Counted from the first letter of the stretch, positions 1 through 10,048 are shown. The stretch: 30,097 bases of DNA from a virus (IMGVR_UViG_3300050150_000011:1-30097), one strand, 5' to 3'. Notes: generated by a model from the sequence alone, not told the origin. Numbers and translations are program-made.

Positions 1-232
1 CTTTAGCATAGGCTAGAAAACTAGCAGCACACATAAAGTCTTTATATGTAGTCGAGTTTGGTTTACCAAACAAACTAACTAAATCTTCTTCGCTAGGAAC
101 GATAACAACTTCTTCTACGGGGCCCCATGTAAACTGACCAGCTGTACCAGCAGAAGAAGTACTAACATTAGGAACGATGTTGGTTAGGTCTGTTTCATAG
201 ACGTCTACACCAGGTGATAATTGAAATCCCAT
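1..232 (-). CDS. gp18: Tail sheath protein, N-terminal part (runs off the window)
   Basis: Manual translation from ATG at 232: MGFQLSPGVDVYETDLTNIVPNVSTSSAGTAGQFTWGPVEEVV...LFGKP, the typical gp18 N-terminus. AAGGAG SD upstream; directly follows gp17. Absent from the ORF track because it is truncated. Confidence 0.95.
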   Translation of the reverse strand, partial: MGFQLSPGVDVYETDLTNIVPNVSTSSAGTAGQFTWGPVEEVVIVPSEEDLVSLFGKPNSTTYKDFMCAASFLAYAK

Positions 233-272
233 TTAATTCTCCTTAATAATTTCAAAATATATATTATATGAT

Positions 273-280
273 TATTTATA
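273..280 (-). promoter_or_regulatory. T4-type late promoter (TATAAATA) for tail sheath
   Basis: TATTTATA on + strand in the gp17-gp18 gap, about 40 nt upstream of the gp18 ATG. Confidence 0.8.
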
Positions 281-303
281 TGATTAAGGATTTGATAACT
301 ATA

Positions 304-1887
304 TCAACTATTTAACCACTGAGTCCACGGATCAACTGAAGATTCGTCTGGAGTTCCGTCGTCAAATATACCGAACGGTAGAAGACTTTCTTCTATAGCT
401 CTTTGATTTTGAGATATAAGTTCTTTTCTAAGGGATAGATCACTGTTGAGTTTAAACTCGTCTCTAGTAGTAAAAAATGATAGTATAACTAGACACATAA
501 CCAAGTCGTCATGTTTTCCTGGTTCAGCTGCATATCCCTTATCATTAGTCTGCTGAACGAATGTTGATATTTCAGAAACAATGTCAATATCGTTTATAAT
601 AAGCTTTTGAGACTCTATCATATCTTTGAATATTGAGCATCCAAGTCGTTTAGTCGCTTTTGTGGTTCGGCAACCCGGTTGCTTATTTCCCGTCATGAAA
701 ATTACATTCTCGTATTCTAAATCATAAAATAGAATATCAGCTACTTGCTGACCATTGTCATTAGTCTCTACCAGGACTAGAGCGTTGTTATAAGCTTTAG
801 CTGTTTGATATAAAAACGTTGGAAGGACCTGTGTAGATATTTGATTATTTTTGTACTTAGCTACTATGGCAAAAGGATATTTTGCAACGTCGAAAACAAC
901 GTATGCACTGAAGTCGTTTCCTGTCCCTCTAGATACGTCACAAGTGATAAGATACTGGTGAGTATCTTCAGCATGTTTGTATATTGTCAGTCCGTCTGTG
1001 TCATATAGTGGGACGTCTGCTGACATATTCTTAATATAATGGCCTTTGATTAATGTGTTTGTAGATCCTAAGAATTCTGTTAGATGTTCTTGTGCAAACT
1101 TTTCTTCTCCGAGCATTGCAAGCTCTTTGACTCTCCACGCTTCATCTCTCTCTGGGTGAGCGTCCCACGTAACGTGTATATGAGTGTATCCGTTCTTACC
1201 TGTAATAGCATCGTTCCAAATTTTATAATAGTGATTGTATCCCTTAGGAGTAGATGTGATTATAAGTTTATTTTCCTTACCAGCAGATAGTGTAGGAAAT
1301 ACTGAAGTGAAGAAGTCTTCGGCTGTATTATTAGCTACGTGAGCATATTCGTCAAGATACAAGAGTTGGGGGCTGTGCCCTCTTACAGCACTTGCTGACG
1401 TAGCTGCACAACGAGCTTTGGATCCATTTTCTAGCTCTACGGACATCTTGTTCCATTCTTTAACCCCTTGTTGGAGAAATTTAGGAAGATTCTCATAGGC
1501 TAATTGAAATCTTGAAAATATCTCTCTAGCGGTTCCAAGCTTGTTAGCTAGAACAATCGCGTATTTAGAAGGAGTGAAAATAACATACCAGCATAAAAAT
1601 GCTGCGAACGTTGTAGATTTGCCCATCTGTCTTCCAGTAAGACTTATAACATTTAAGTCCTTCCAGTAAGCTCTAACCATCTCTTCCTGAAACGGATAGA
1701 GTTGCATTAACTCTAATCCTCTATCGGGATGTATAATCTTTATATAATTTTTGATAAAGTGTATGGGATCGTTTTTACACTTTATATACTCTTTAATCTC
1801 ATGGAGAGTGTATGAATACTTATAATTAGCAGCTCTCAGATTTATATTACCTAGGTAATGGTCCGGAGAAGTTTTATGATGAAGCAT
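304..1887 (-). CDS. gp17: Terminase large subunit
   Basis: LYPFQ adenine-binding motif, Walker A GRQMGKST, Walker B LLYLDEYAH, motif III ITSTPKG, nuclease motifs DVSRGTGNDFSA and HDDLVM; lies between gp16 and gp18. Confidence 0.97.
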   Translation of the reverse strand: MLHHKTSPDHYLGNINLRAANYKYSYTLHEIKEYIKCKNDPIHFIKNYIKIIHPDRGLELMQLYPFQEEMVRAYWKDLNVISLTGRQMGKSTTFAAFLCWYVIFTPSKYAIVLANKLGTAREIFSRFQLAYENLPKFLQQGVKEWNKMSVELENGSKARCAATSASAVRGHSPQLLYLDEYAHVANNTAEDFFTSVFPTLSAGKENKLIITSTPKGYNHYYKIWNDAITGKNGYTHIHVTWDAHPERDEAWRVKELAMLGEEKFAQEHLTEFLGSTNTLIKGHYIKNMSADVPLYDTDGLTIYKHAEDTHQYLITCDVSRGTGNDFSAYVVFDVAKYPFAIVAKYKNNQISTQVLPTFLYQTAKAYNNALVLVETNDNGQQVADILFYDLEYENVIFMTGNKQPGCRTTKATKRLGCSIFKDMIESQKLIINDIDIVSEISTFVQQTNDKGYAAEPGKHDDLVMCLVILSFFTTRDEFKLNSDLSLRKELISQNQRAIEESLLPFGIFDDGTPDESSVDPWTQWLNS

Positions 1888-2392
1888 TCTCTATGATCAC
1901 ATTCTCTATATTATCTAGAGTAGCATTATTTTCGTCTAAGAATTTTGACAAATCTGCTGCAGACCCCACAAATATAGATTGGTTGGTTTGAGTTATATTT
2001 CCGTTAATAACCGCTTCCTTTTGAATACCTATTTTAGATTTATTTAATTCAATTTCAGATTTAGTTTTAGCTGCTTGAACAACACTTCCAGAAACATCTT
2101 TCATGGTAGCTAAAAGAGCTGCAAGAGCTTGAAAATATTTAACATCCGAAGTTTCTACAGCGAGCTCTTTTAATTCTGCTAACGAAGAGAATCCAAGTTT
2201 ATACAATTCCTTTTGGGTGTTTCTAGTAAACTCGTAATCATCGTTATGAGAATTGTCTTTAGATTCTTTATAGGGAACTATAGAAACATCTTGTTGGGTT
2301 TCTTGAGGTTTTATACCCAAGGCTTCTTCTAGCTGTGAAATAATTTTAGACTTTTGCTCTGGTGTATTATTGTTATCCAATAGGATCTCCAT
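1874..2392 (-). CDS. gp16: Terminase small subunit
   Basis: DDYEFTR...L and C-terminal NQSIFVGSAADLSKFL motifs typical of gp16; overlaps the gp17 start. Confidence 0.88.
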   Translation of the reverse strand: MEILLDNNNTPEQKSKIISQLEEALGIKPQETQQDVSIVPYKESKDNSHNDDYEFTRNTQKELYKLGFSSLAELKELAVETSDVKYFQALAALLATMKDVSGSVVQAAKTKSEIELNKSKIGIQKEAVINGNITQTNQSIFVGSAADLSKFLDENNATLDNIENVIIENASS

Positions 2393-3185
2393 TTGAATCT
2401 ATATGGTCCTGATCATATACAACTGTAGCTGCTGTCCAATCGTCAGTCTCATCAGCATTTATAGGGTCAACAGACACTTGTATAATTTCTTGTTTAGACT
2501 CTACAGTCATTTCTACATTAGTATATATCGAAGTTAGAACCTTCTTAATGATATTAGCATCAGATATATTAGGATATAGATAGGATTTAGCAGAGAACGT
2601 CAGAGTCCACATAAGGATTCGTTCATCTTCAAAGGCTCCTTCTACGTAATCCTCTTTAGATATCCCAGTGAAAATAATTGGAACATCTCTAGATATATTC
2701 AACTGAGGAATCTCTTTCACTGTAAGAGTGTACGATGGACAAAAGTTTGGAAGAATCTGTTCGATAATCTGTAGACCGTCGTCTATGGTTTTTGAACCTA
2801 TATAAACTTCGTATATAAAATTATAAGGAACAGGAGTTAGCTGATTTATATATTGTGAAGGATCTGTAGATTTTGCAGCTATAGTATTATTCATCGTAGG
2901 AAGCTTCCTAGTAGGATCGTATTCCATGTCTATAAGCTGATATGATATTCTAGGGAATGATATTTTTGTTTGCACACTAGACTGAGCTGGATTGTGCTGT
3001 TCCTCGAAAACATACGATTTGTCTCCAGTAGCATACATCAAAGGAACTTTTAACGTACGTATTTTTGTACCAGTTCCTCCTAGATCAGAATATCTCGATA
3101 TTGTTATATTGTTGAATATAGATCCTACAGCAGCAGTAAGCTTTCTTATAGAAGCAAAGTATAAAGTGGTTTGGTTAGCAAACAT
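2373..3185 (-). CDS. gp15: Tail sheath stabilizer / tail completion protein
   Basis: SIRKLTAAVGSIFNNI, KVPLMY, FPRISY, YDPTRKL, PVPYN and DGLQIIEQILPNFCP motifs; syntenic position. Confidence 0.93.
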   Translation of the reverse strand: MFANQTTLYFASIRKLTAAVGSIFNNITISRYSDLGGTGTKIRTLKVPLMYATGDKSYVFEEQHNPAQSSVQTKISFPRISYQLIDMEYDPTRKLPTMNNTIAAKSTDPSQYINQLTPVPYNFIYEVYIGSKTIDDGLQIIEQILPNFCPSYTLTVKEIPQLNISRDVPIIFTGISKEDYVEGAFEDERILMWTLTFSAKSYLYPNISDANIIKKVLTSIYTNVEMTVESKQEIIQVSVDPINADETDDWTAATVVYDQDHIDSNGDPIG

Positions 3186-3841
3186 TAAATTCCTCCTGTA
3201 GTTTCTCCAAAAGGATTATCCTCTGACCAATCTAAAGCTGCAGCAGCCTCTTCTTCTATAACTTCATGGTGATTTGAAACTCCCTGATCGGAGAATATAT
3301 CAGGATCGAGTTGGTTATCTAAAATATCTATCCCTGTATCGAACTCGTCGTAAGAATATCTATATAGAGTACATTTAAACATATAAGTGTAAAGTTTAGA
3401 AAGAGAATAGAACTGATTTAATCCTGAAATTCCTCCCGGCTCGTCGTCGACAAATTTAATCTCAAAAAGATGTTTGGTTAATGGAAAGTATATAAGATCT
3501 CCTGCATGAGGAGCATCGGGGCTAACTTCTTCATGATATCTTTTACGAGCAACTACGAGGTCTACAGTGTCATCTACTTCTAAACCAAATTTAGAAAATA
3601 TCTCACCCTGACCGCCGAGATCTGTAACATTGGCAATATACATTTCTAGTTGTTTATAGCTAGAATATTTCTCTGTAGGAATTTCTTGAAACAATTTATC
3701 TTCCAAGAATCTGTCTCTAGGAATGAATAAAAAGTTATGGCCAGACATTTGAATTAATTCAATGATAAGAGACTCTGCTAAATCCTGTTCGGAAGCAGTA
3801 CCTACTCCTAGTCCATTGTTAAAAAACGAATTTACTGTCAT
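3185..3841 (-). CDS. gp14: Neck protein
   Basis: EQDLAESLIIELIQMSG, FSKFGLEVDD, GDLIYFPL..LFEIKFV and C-terminal SEDNPFG motifs. Confidence 0.93.
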   Translation of the reverse strand: MTVNSFFNNGLGVGTASEQDLAESLIIELIQMSGHNFLFIPRDRFLEDKLFQEIPTEKYSSYKQLEMYIANVTDLGGQGEIFSKFGLEVDDTVDLVVARKRYHEEVSPDAPHAGDLIYFPLTKHLFEIKFVDDEPGGISGLNQFYSLSKLYTYMFKCTLYRYSYDEFDTGIDILDNQLDPDIFSDQGVSNHHEVIEEEAAAALDWSEDNPFGETTGGI

Positions 3842-3842
3842 G

Positions 3843-4613
3843 CTATGCCATTGAAAAATCTATAGGTAATTGGTATACTGTAGATAGTTCTGTTTCTAAA
3901 TCTTTGATCTCTTGTTTAGCTTCTTCTTTGATTTGGTTTCCGTTCATAGAAACTCCTCCAAGAAGCTGCACGTTTTGGTATTTAGATAAATTCTGCCCCC
4001 ATTGAAGTTTGATCATCGCTGTAGCATATTCTTGAAGCCACTTATCTCTCCAAATATTATAAACTATATCGTTAGTATCTTGTAGAGTGCTCTCATCTCC
4101 GTGGAGCTTTTTGAGACATTTAATCAGAAGATATCCATCTTTTCTATAAGAATCAGCTAGGCCTCCTGCAATTATTAGTTTATGAGACAAGTAGTTAAAG
4201 TTAAATCTTCTATCAGGAACAAGAAGATTTTTCATTTGAGTAAGTCTCATCTCAGTCATATAGTAATATGTCATATCTCCGTATATATAAGGAGATGTAT
4301 AAGAATATACCTCATTAATAAAAGCTTGATAATCCAACGAAGAAGCTCCGGAAGACATTTGAGGTCTGAGAACTTCGACAACTCCTACTACATCACTAGG
4401 AAGTATTATAAACTGATTAGCTAGATCTAAATTAGTAATAGGATACATTATAACAACTTCTTCAGTTGCATTATAATGTTGCTCATAAAACAGATACAAC
4501 GATTCGTCTATACGATCGTCTATCTGATCTGCTGTAACGCTTATCTGTATAACTGGATGTCCGAGTTTTCTAAGGCAGTATTCAGAAAACTCTTGTTTGT
4601 TTGTTGGAATCAT
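3843..4613 (-). CDS. gp13: Neck protein
   Basis: YCLRKLGHPVIQISVTADQIDDRIDE, WLQEYATAMIKLQWGQNLSKY and LLGGVSMNG motifs. Confidence 0.93.
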   Translation of the reverse strand: MIPTNKQEFSEYCLRKLGHPVIQISVTADQIDDRIDESLYLFYEQHYNATEEVVIMYPITNLDLANQFIILPSDVVGVVEVLRPQMSSGASSLDYQAFINEVYSYTSPYIYGDMTYYYMTEMRLTQMKNLLVPDRRFNFNYLSHKLIIAGGLADSYRKDGYLLIKCLKKLHGDESTLQDTNDIVYNIWRDKWLQEYATAMIKLQWGQNLSKYQNVQLLGGVSMNGNQIKEEAKQEIKDLETELSTVYQLPIDFSMA

Positions 4614-4620
4614 CTAAATC

Positions 4621-7230
4621 CTACCAGTGTATAAGGGTTCTAAAGTTATCAGCGTTCGAGTGTCTATTGACCCAAAGATATTTGATACCGTCTTTAGTCT
4701 CTAAAATCTCCATACGGTTTCCAATAGTAGCAGCACCGGCAGCAATTACAGGAGCAATGCCTGCTCCAAATATTCTATTGGAAACTAAGTCTATATAATA
4801 GAATCTCATAGTAGCATCTTTAGTGAAGTATAACCTATCAGCTCCGTCGTATGATGTCATTGTACCTGTAGATAAAGTTTCTATCTGAGGAGAGGTTGAC
4901 AATAGCGTCCAAGTGTCTGTAGGTATATCTAGCGAGTCGAATCCCTGAACACCACCACCTCTAGGAATAATGATATTTCGGCCTGCTTTAGCAGTGTCTG
5001 TAGTACCATAGTTCCAACAAGAGTTGATACCGGGACCTTTTGTGGTTGCTCCGAGAATGCTGTACGAAGTAGAAGCTGCTACTGGAGCTGTTGTGATACC
5101 AAACGTTAGAGTGTTTGAAGTGTTTGATACTATAGCAATTTCGATAGCCTGACCTGTACCAGATATCATTTTAAGTTTTCTACCAGCCCAAATATTTACT
5201 ACCCAAGTTTTGGAAGTGTCTTGGAGAGTAGTTGTAGATTGTGTACCTGTAGCTATGCCAGAATCTAAAGCTCCTATAGCAGGTCTGGAGCATACAGAGT
5301 ATCTACTAACACCATTTACTGGAGCTGTAGTAGCGGTTTTAAACGTTAGAGAGTTAGCTGTATTAGACGCAATCTCCATAGCAACCATAGTAGCTGCGCC
5401 AGTACCTACAGCAGGAGCTGCTGTGGTGAAATAGCATACTTTATTGGCATGTTCGTTTACTGTCCAGTTCTTTGTAGCGTCTATCAATACTGTAGTAGAT
5501 AGGGTTCCGTATGTTGCTGCTGCAGTAGATCCAGTTGCTGTGTATGTATATGTAGTAGCACCAGTTACAGTAATGACTGCTGATATGTTGTTTTGAACAG
5601 CTGAAGCTCCAGTATCACCCTTATGAGACACTGTCCACCCAGTCTTAAATCCGTGAGGAATAGCTGTTGTAACAGTCTTAGTTGCGGTTGCTCCTGCAAT
5701 AGATGTAACTGGAACAGCGGGAAACTCTCCATACTGAGCTGACCCGATTCTAGTTAACCCGTCATCGGTAGATCTTCCAAACGTCGCAATATCAGATTCT
5801 ATAGAATGTAGAGCTAAAGCTGCTTGACCTCCTTGGAAGATATATACGTTATCCTTATCACCTTCTATAGAATATACTGAAGTGCTATCTAAAGCTGTTC
5901 CTAGAGGTCTATAGAATGTTAAAGTAGTTGCTGTGTTTGACGATATCGATGCAGTTTGTCCTATACCAGTTCCGCTTAAAACTCTGACGATATAATTTTT
6001 CCATCTATCGGTAGCCCACGTTTTAGTTGAGTCTACTAGAGTTGTAGTTGATCCATTTGATGCTGTACCAGCATCAAATCCTACAATTTTATATCTGCTT
6101 GTAGCTGTAGGAGCTGATCCCAATGCTGATGCCCATGTTAGGGTGTTAGCAGTATTTGACGCGATCAATCTAATACTTCCAGAAGATGTCCCAGAGTATA
6201 TAAACATATACTTACCAGCTAAAGAGTTAACTGTCCAGTTTTTAGTTGTATCTTGAAGAGTTGTGGTAGTGTGGCTACCTGTAGCAATACCTAACTCCCA
6301 TACAGATGCATTTTCAGTAGTTCTTTCTACAGTACCATCTGTCCCGACTGCAGTAAATAAGTTAGAACATGCTGTTCTAATATACCAAGTATCTGAAATT
6401 TTATCTCTGACTTGAAGAGTGTAGAAAGGAGCACCTGCTGCTCCTGACAACATTACCTCAGCTCCACTGAGGAATCTAAACCTCGAAGTCTCGTCTGGAG
6501 TGATGTCCCAAGCTGTTTCTACTGTAGCTATAGCGGATTCTATTGTGTATATAGATTGAGCACCTGCTGTGGCTGATAGAGCTGGAGAAGGAGCCATTGG
6601 ATTACATTGGTTGTCTACTGCATATCTGTTGACGTCGACAAACGTAATAGATGTAGCATCGTTGTACAGCACTCTACGTACTTGGGATATACCCGTACCG
6701 TATGCTATTCTTATTTGGTATCCTACCCACTGATTGATTGCCCAAGCTTTGGTTGTATCTGTAATCGATGTGGCAGTAGCTGCAGTTACAACACCAGTAT
6801 CTCCAACAATGACGTTACCTACATCAGTAACCATTCTTTGTTGACCTTTACCTGTTCCTGAAAAAATTCTAACTTCAAATCCTTTCAGAGATTTTCCTGA
6901 ATAATGAGGTATTGTAATTGTATTTGAAGTTGCTGCTAACACCCTACCTTCAAATCCGTATGCTCCACTGAACTTCAAAGAAGAATATGTCGCTGGAGCA
7001 ATTGGGGGAGACGATAACTGTTGATAAGAATCTGTCCAAGTATCATACTGCCAATAGGAACCCGATCCCAACAAATAGTTCATTAGCCTATTGTATTCTG
7101 GGTGGAAGTTTCCGTTATCAGGATAACAAGTAGCTGATAGAGCTGAAGACACTGTTGTGTTGGGGTTAAAGTTCAACTGTTGCCAGTTAGGAAGATTCAC
7201 AATATTATTCATACGATTAGTTAGTGCCAT
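4621..7230 (-). CDS. Virion fibre / receptor-binding-like protein with about six 70-aa beta repeats and probable Kelch-like propeller blades
   Basis: 869-aa Thr/Ser/Gly-rich ORF in the late operon. Repeated G.AT..TTTL.D.TK.W..N.W.G....SGTG.GQ...I.SNT..TLT units plus YD..TD.W/Y blade-like motifs. Confidence 0.6.
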   Translation of the reverse strand: MALTNRMNNIVNLPNWQQLNFNPNTTVSSALSATCYPDNGNFHPEYNRLMNYLLGSGSYWQYDTWTDSYQQLSSPPIAPATYSSLKFSGAYGFEGRVLAATSNTITIPHYSGKSLKGFEVRIFSGTGKGQQRMVTDVGNVIVGDTGVVTAATATSITDTTKAWAINQWVGYQIRIAYGTGISQVRRVLYNDATSITFVDVNRYAVDNQCNPMAPSPALSATAGAQSIYTIESAIATVETAWDITPDETSRFRFLSGAEVMLSGAAGAPFYTLQVRDKISDTWYIRTACSNLFTAVGTDGTVERTTENASVWELGIATGSHTTTTLQDTTKNWTVNSLAGKYMFIYSGTSSGSIRLIASNTANTLTWASALGSAPTATSRYKIVGFDAGTASNGSTTTLVDSTKTWATDRWKNYIVRVLSGTGIGQTASISSNTATTLTFYRPLGTALDSTSVYSIEGDKDNVYIFQGGQAALALHSIESDIATFGRSTDDGLTRIGSAQYGEFPAVPVTSIAGATATKTVTTAIPHGFKTGWTVSHKGDTGASAVQNNISAVITVTGATTYTYTATGSTAAATYGTLSTTVLIDATKNWTVNEHANKVCYFTTAAPAVGTGAATMVAMEIASNTANSLTFKTATTAPVNGVSRYSVCSRPAIGALDSGIATGTQSTTTLQDTSKTWVVNIWAGRKLKMISGTGQAIEIAIVSNTSNTLTFGITTAPVAASTSYSILGATTKGPGINSCWNYGTTDTAKAGRNIIIPRGGGVQGFDSLDIPTDTWTLLSTSPQIETLSTGTMTSYDGADRLYFTKDATMRFYYIDLVSNRIFGAGIAPVIAAGAATIGNRMEILETKDGIKYLWVNRHSNADNFRTLIHW

Positions 7231-7231
7231 G

Positions 7232-9049
7232 TTATACCTCTATTAAATATGGAAGGGTTCCGGTGTTGTATGCAGTGTTTGAAGGAGCTTGGAACTGTTG
7301 AAGTCCAAATCCTGCTACCTGCGCTGTGTTGTTGACTGTGGTAACTGCTGTTACAGCTGAAACGGTTGTAAGTGTTCCTGATGATACCGTAGTAGCAACT
7401 GTAGGCATAGTATCTACAGCTACTCTCTGTCTATATCCAGAGTCTACGTTCCCTAAAGATTTCATGTAGTTCAGCATTTGCATCATAATAGCGGTCATAT
7501 CAGCCATTTGTTGCACTAGATCTTCTATTGTGACTGAGCTCACTACAACTGGAGATGCTCTTAGTTGAACGTCTGTAAGGCCTCCAGAAGGACCTCCTCC
7601 AGATATTCCGCTAATAGCAGTTACAACCTCGTCTAATTTAGCATTTGTAGCGGCTCCGGTTGCCAATGGAATTGTGGACAATGATACGTTTAAAGGAGAT
7701 GCTCTTAATTGAGTGTCTGTTAACCCGCCACTGCCACCTCCAGATATTCCACTGACGGCTGTAATAACTTCATCCAATTTAGCATTTGTAGCAGCTCCAG
7801 TCGGAAGTGGAACGGTTCCTGACAATGTAACTGTTGTATTTTCTAAAGCTGCTAAAGAAGTAGCTCCAAGTTCAACAGTTCCGTCTACGGTTATTGATCC
7901 AGCTCCGTCTGAAATAACTATCGGAGTTGCCCTTAATTGAGCATCCGTTAGTCCTGTATTGACTGTAAGTGTTCCTGATACAGGAACAGCAGTAGCTCTT
8001 AATTGAGCATCAGTAAGACCTTGAGATAGTCCTGTATTGACAGTTAAAGTTGATCCTAATTTTGTATCGATGGCAGCTAATGAAGTATTACCTGTTGACT
8101 GTAGAGTAGCAGTAGCTGCTCCTGTAGGAAGAGGTAAAGCTGCTGCTGAAATCGGTTGAGTAGCCTGCCAGAATGTTCCTGTGACTGCCAAAGAAGCATT
8201 GTTGATTGTAACGTCTCCAATGTCTATGCCATCATTTGCCGTAAGCTTTCCTATAGCGGCTGTTCCAGAGTTCAAGGTAACTGATCCAGATACCGGAACA
8301 GCCGTAGCTCTCAGTTGAGCGTCTGTTAAAGCATTTGTCTGGAACCCTGTCCCAGCATTAGCTGTTACAGTTCCTGATACTGGAATAGCATTTCCAACAT
8401 CGTTAGTAATTTCTATTGCACTAGCAATAGTTACAGGAATAGATCCTGAAATTGATACTGGAACTGGAGTTGCTCTTAATTGAGTATCTGTAAGAGTTCC
8501 TGTTACTGTTAAAGTTGATCCCAATTTTGTATCAATGGCAGCTAAGGTGGTTTGTGTAGCTGCTCCTGTAGGAAGAGGTAAAGTTGTTGCTGATACTGGA
8601 AGCGCTGTAGCTCTAAGCTGAATATCCGTTAAAGGACCTGTTACGGATATACTTCCTGATAGTTTTGTGTCTATAGAGGCTAGAGACGTATTTCCAGTAG
8701 TTTGTAAAGTCGATGTCGAAGCTCCAGTAGCTAACGGAACGTTAGCTAAACTAACTGGTTGAGTTGTTTGCCAGAATGTCCCTGTTACAGGAACTGATCC
8801 GGATATAGAAACAGTTCCGTCTACGGTTATTGATCCAGCTCCGTCCGAAATAACTATCGGAGTTGCTCTTAATTGGGTGTCTGTTAGAGGTCCTACTGCA
8901 GTTATCGATTCTAATGCGCTTAGAGACGTTGAATCCAGAGAAACCGTTATACCAGTGTCTAATTTGGTTTTAACAGCATCTACGGACGTTTTAACAGCGG
9001 TTACACTAGTATCTAGTGCAAGATCTCCAAATAAATTTCTTGTTGCCAT
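7232..9049 (-). CDS. Repetitive fibre shaft-like virion protein (LTDxQLRA repeats)
   Basis: 605 aa with 8 LTDxQLRA(T/S) and 5 PL(P/A)TGA copies and a C-terminal heptad segment; tightly coupled to neighbours. Confidence 0.6.
   Translation of the reverse strand: MATRNLFGDLALDTSVTAVKTSVDAVKTKLDTGITVSLDSTSLSALESITAVGPLTDTQLRATPIVISDGAGSITVDGTVSISGSVPVTGTFWQTTQPVSLANVPLATGASTSTLQTTGNTSLASIDTKLSGSISVTGPLTDIQLRATALPVSATTLPLPTGAATQTTLAAIDTKLGSTLTVTGTLTDTQLRATPVPVSISGSIPVTIASAIEITNDVGNAIPVSGTVTANAGTGFQTNALTDAQLRATAVPVSGSVTLNSGTAAIGKLTANDGIDIGDVTINNASLAVTGTFWQATQPISAAALPLPTGAATATLQSTGNTSLAAIDTKLGSTLTVNTGLSQGLTDAQLRATAVPVSGTLTVNTGLTDAQLRATPIVISDGAGSITVDGTVELGATSLAALENTTVTLSGTVPLPTGAATNAKLDEVITAVSGISGGGSGGLTDTQLRASPLNVSLSTIPLATGAATNAKLDEVVTAISGISGGGPSGGLTDVQLRASPVVVSSVTIEDLVQQMADMTAIMMQMLNYMKSLGNVDSGYRQRVAVDTMPTVATTVSSGTLTTVSAVTAVTTVNNTAQVAGFGLQQFQAPSNTAYNTGTLPYLIEV
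7874..8875. repeat. 66-bp near-perfect direct repeat (7874-7939 and 8810-8875)
   Basis: aacagttccgtctacggttattgatccagctccgtc(t/c)gaaataactatcggagttgc(c/t)cttaattg; 2 mismatches seen by eye. Confidence 0.9.
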
Positions 9050-9050
9050 A

Positions 9051-9611
9051 TTAAACTCCGTCTTCTATCCAAATAGTAAGGTCTCCACCACTGGTATCGA
9101 TCCACATATACTTATTTATAGACGTGACTGGTGCTGTTGCTTGAATAAAAACGTTATTAACTTCAGCATTAGACTGGATGGAATCTATCTTAGTTTTATC
9201 TGCTGTAGTGAAGCTTGCTGTAGTATTTGTAAGAACTGTAGACAGAGGTTGCGTATTATTTAAAGCTGTTTGAGTTGCTGTAGATATAGGTTTGTTTGCA
9301 TCCGACGTATTGTCTACGTTTCCTAACCCTATAGTAGTCTTTGTCAACACAACAGTCCCCGTCTGTCCATTGACAGATGTTACTGCTGTATCAGGCTGAA
9401 GGCTGTCTAACCACTGCTGTTCAGTTCCTACAAATCCATTATTAACAGCTATTTGATATGCTGATAATCCTGAAGGTCCCTGTGACCCGGTCAATCCTTG
9501 CAGACCTCTAGGTCCTCTAGGACCCTGAGCATTTAAAGATACAACTTCGAGAGAAGATCTATTGAATATTAGGGTATTAAATGTTTGTTGAAGAGTTAAT
9601 ATGTTTGACAT
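9051..9611 (-). CDS. Short collagen-like tail fibre / adaptor protein
   Basis: GPR-GPR-GLQ-GLT-GSQ-GPS-GLS followed by AYQIAVNNGFVGTEQQWLDSL and VTSVNGQTGTVVLTK..IGLGNVDNTSDANKPISTATQTAL, all motifs common in phage fibres. Confidence 0.75.
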   Translation of the reverse strand: MSNILTLQQTFNTLIFNRSSLEVVSLNAQGPRGPRGLQGLTGSQGPSGLSAYQIAVNNGFVGTEQQWLDSLQPDTAVTSVNGQTGTVVLTKTTIGLGNVDNTSDANKPISTATQTALNNTQPLSTVLTNTTASFTTADKTKIDSIQSNAEVNNVFIQATAPVTSINKYMWIDTSGGDLTIWIEDGV

Positions 9612-10018
9612 TAGGTCTCTCTTGTAATGCTATCATCTATGTTGATTTCTCCGACGAACAACGGAAAGGTTCCCATACCTTCTCCGTTAGTATCTATAGA
9701 AGAAGTATCGGTCAGTACCAAATCATATTGATATTTACCTGCAGGCACATTGGAAGTGGCTGATGGTGATAGTTTTAATTTAATATTTCCCTGAGCTGTC
9801 AAAAATATTCTACTGTTTGACGTAGATAGATCTAGAATTGTTGTAATCGATTGGGAATTTTTTCTGATATGCATATGGGCTGTATAGTAGCTAAGATCTA
9901 CTAAAGCTCCTGTAGAGTCTTTCCAGGTCAAGTTGACTTCCCAAGTAGTATTTTTTCTTATCTTTGGAGCTGGATTTCCGTCGAAATTTAAAACTACCGG
10001 ATTGAATGTGCTAGCCAT
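9611..10018 (-). CDS. BppU/LtfC-like beta-sandwich virion adaptor protein
   Basis: Pattern WKDSTG..VDLSYYTAHMHIRK...GNIKLKLS...T.....GKYQYDLVL; own late promoter and GAGGA SD. Confidence 0.65.
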   Translation of the reverse strand: MASTFNPVVLNFDGNPAPKIRKNTTWEVNLTWKDSTGALVDLSYYTAHMHIRKNSQSITTILDLSTSNSRIFLTAQGNIKLKLSPSATSNVPAGKYQYDLVLTDTSSIDTNGEGMGTFPLFVGEINIDDSITRET

Positions 10019-10048
10019 TTATAAATATTCCTCTTCTTATATCAAGTA

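Noticed and set aside
304-1887. Intein, intron or homing endonuclease in the terminase
   Set aside because: The ORF is continuous at normal length with ordinary motif spacing.
7232-9049. Direct repeats as a possible CRISPR array or DGR template/variable repeat pair
   Set aside because: The repeats are in-frame, irregularly spaced and inside one ORF; the two mismatches are synonymous; no reverse transcriptase or cas gene is in the window.
10020-10027. Exact TATAAATA on the plus strand
   Set aside because: It points antisense to the operon and coincides with the AT-rich SD-to-ATG spacer of the gene at 10018; probably chance.
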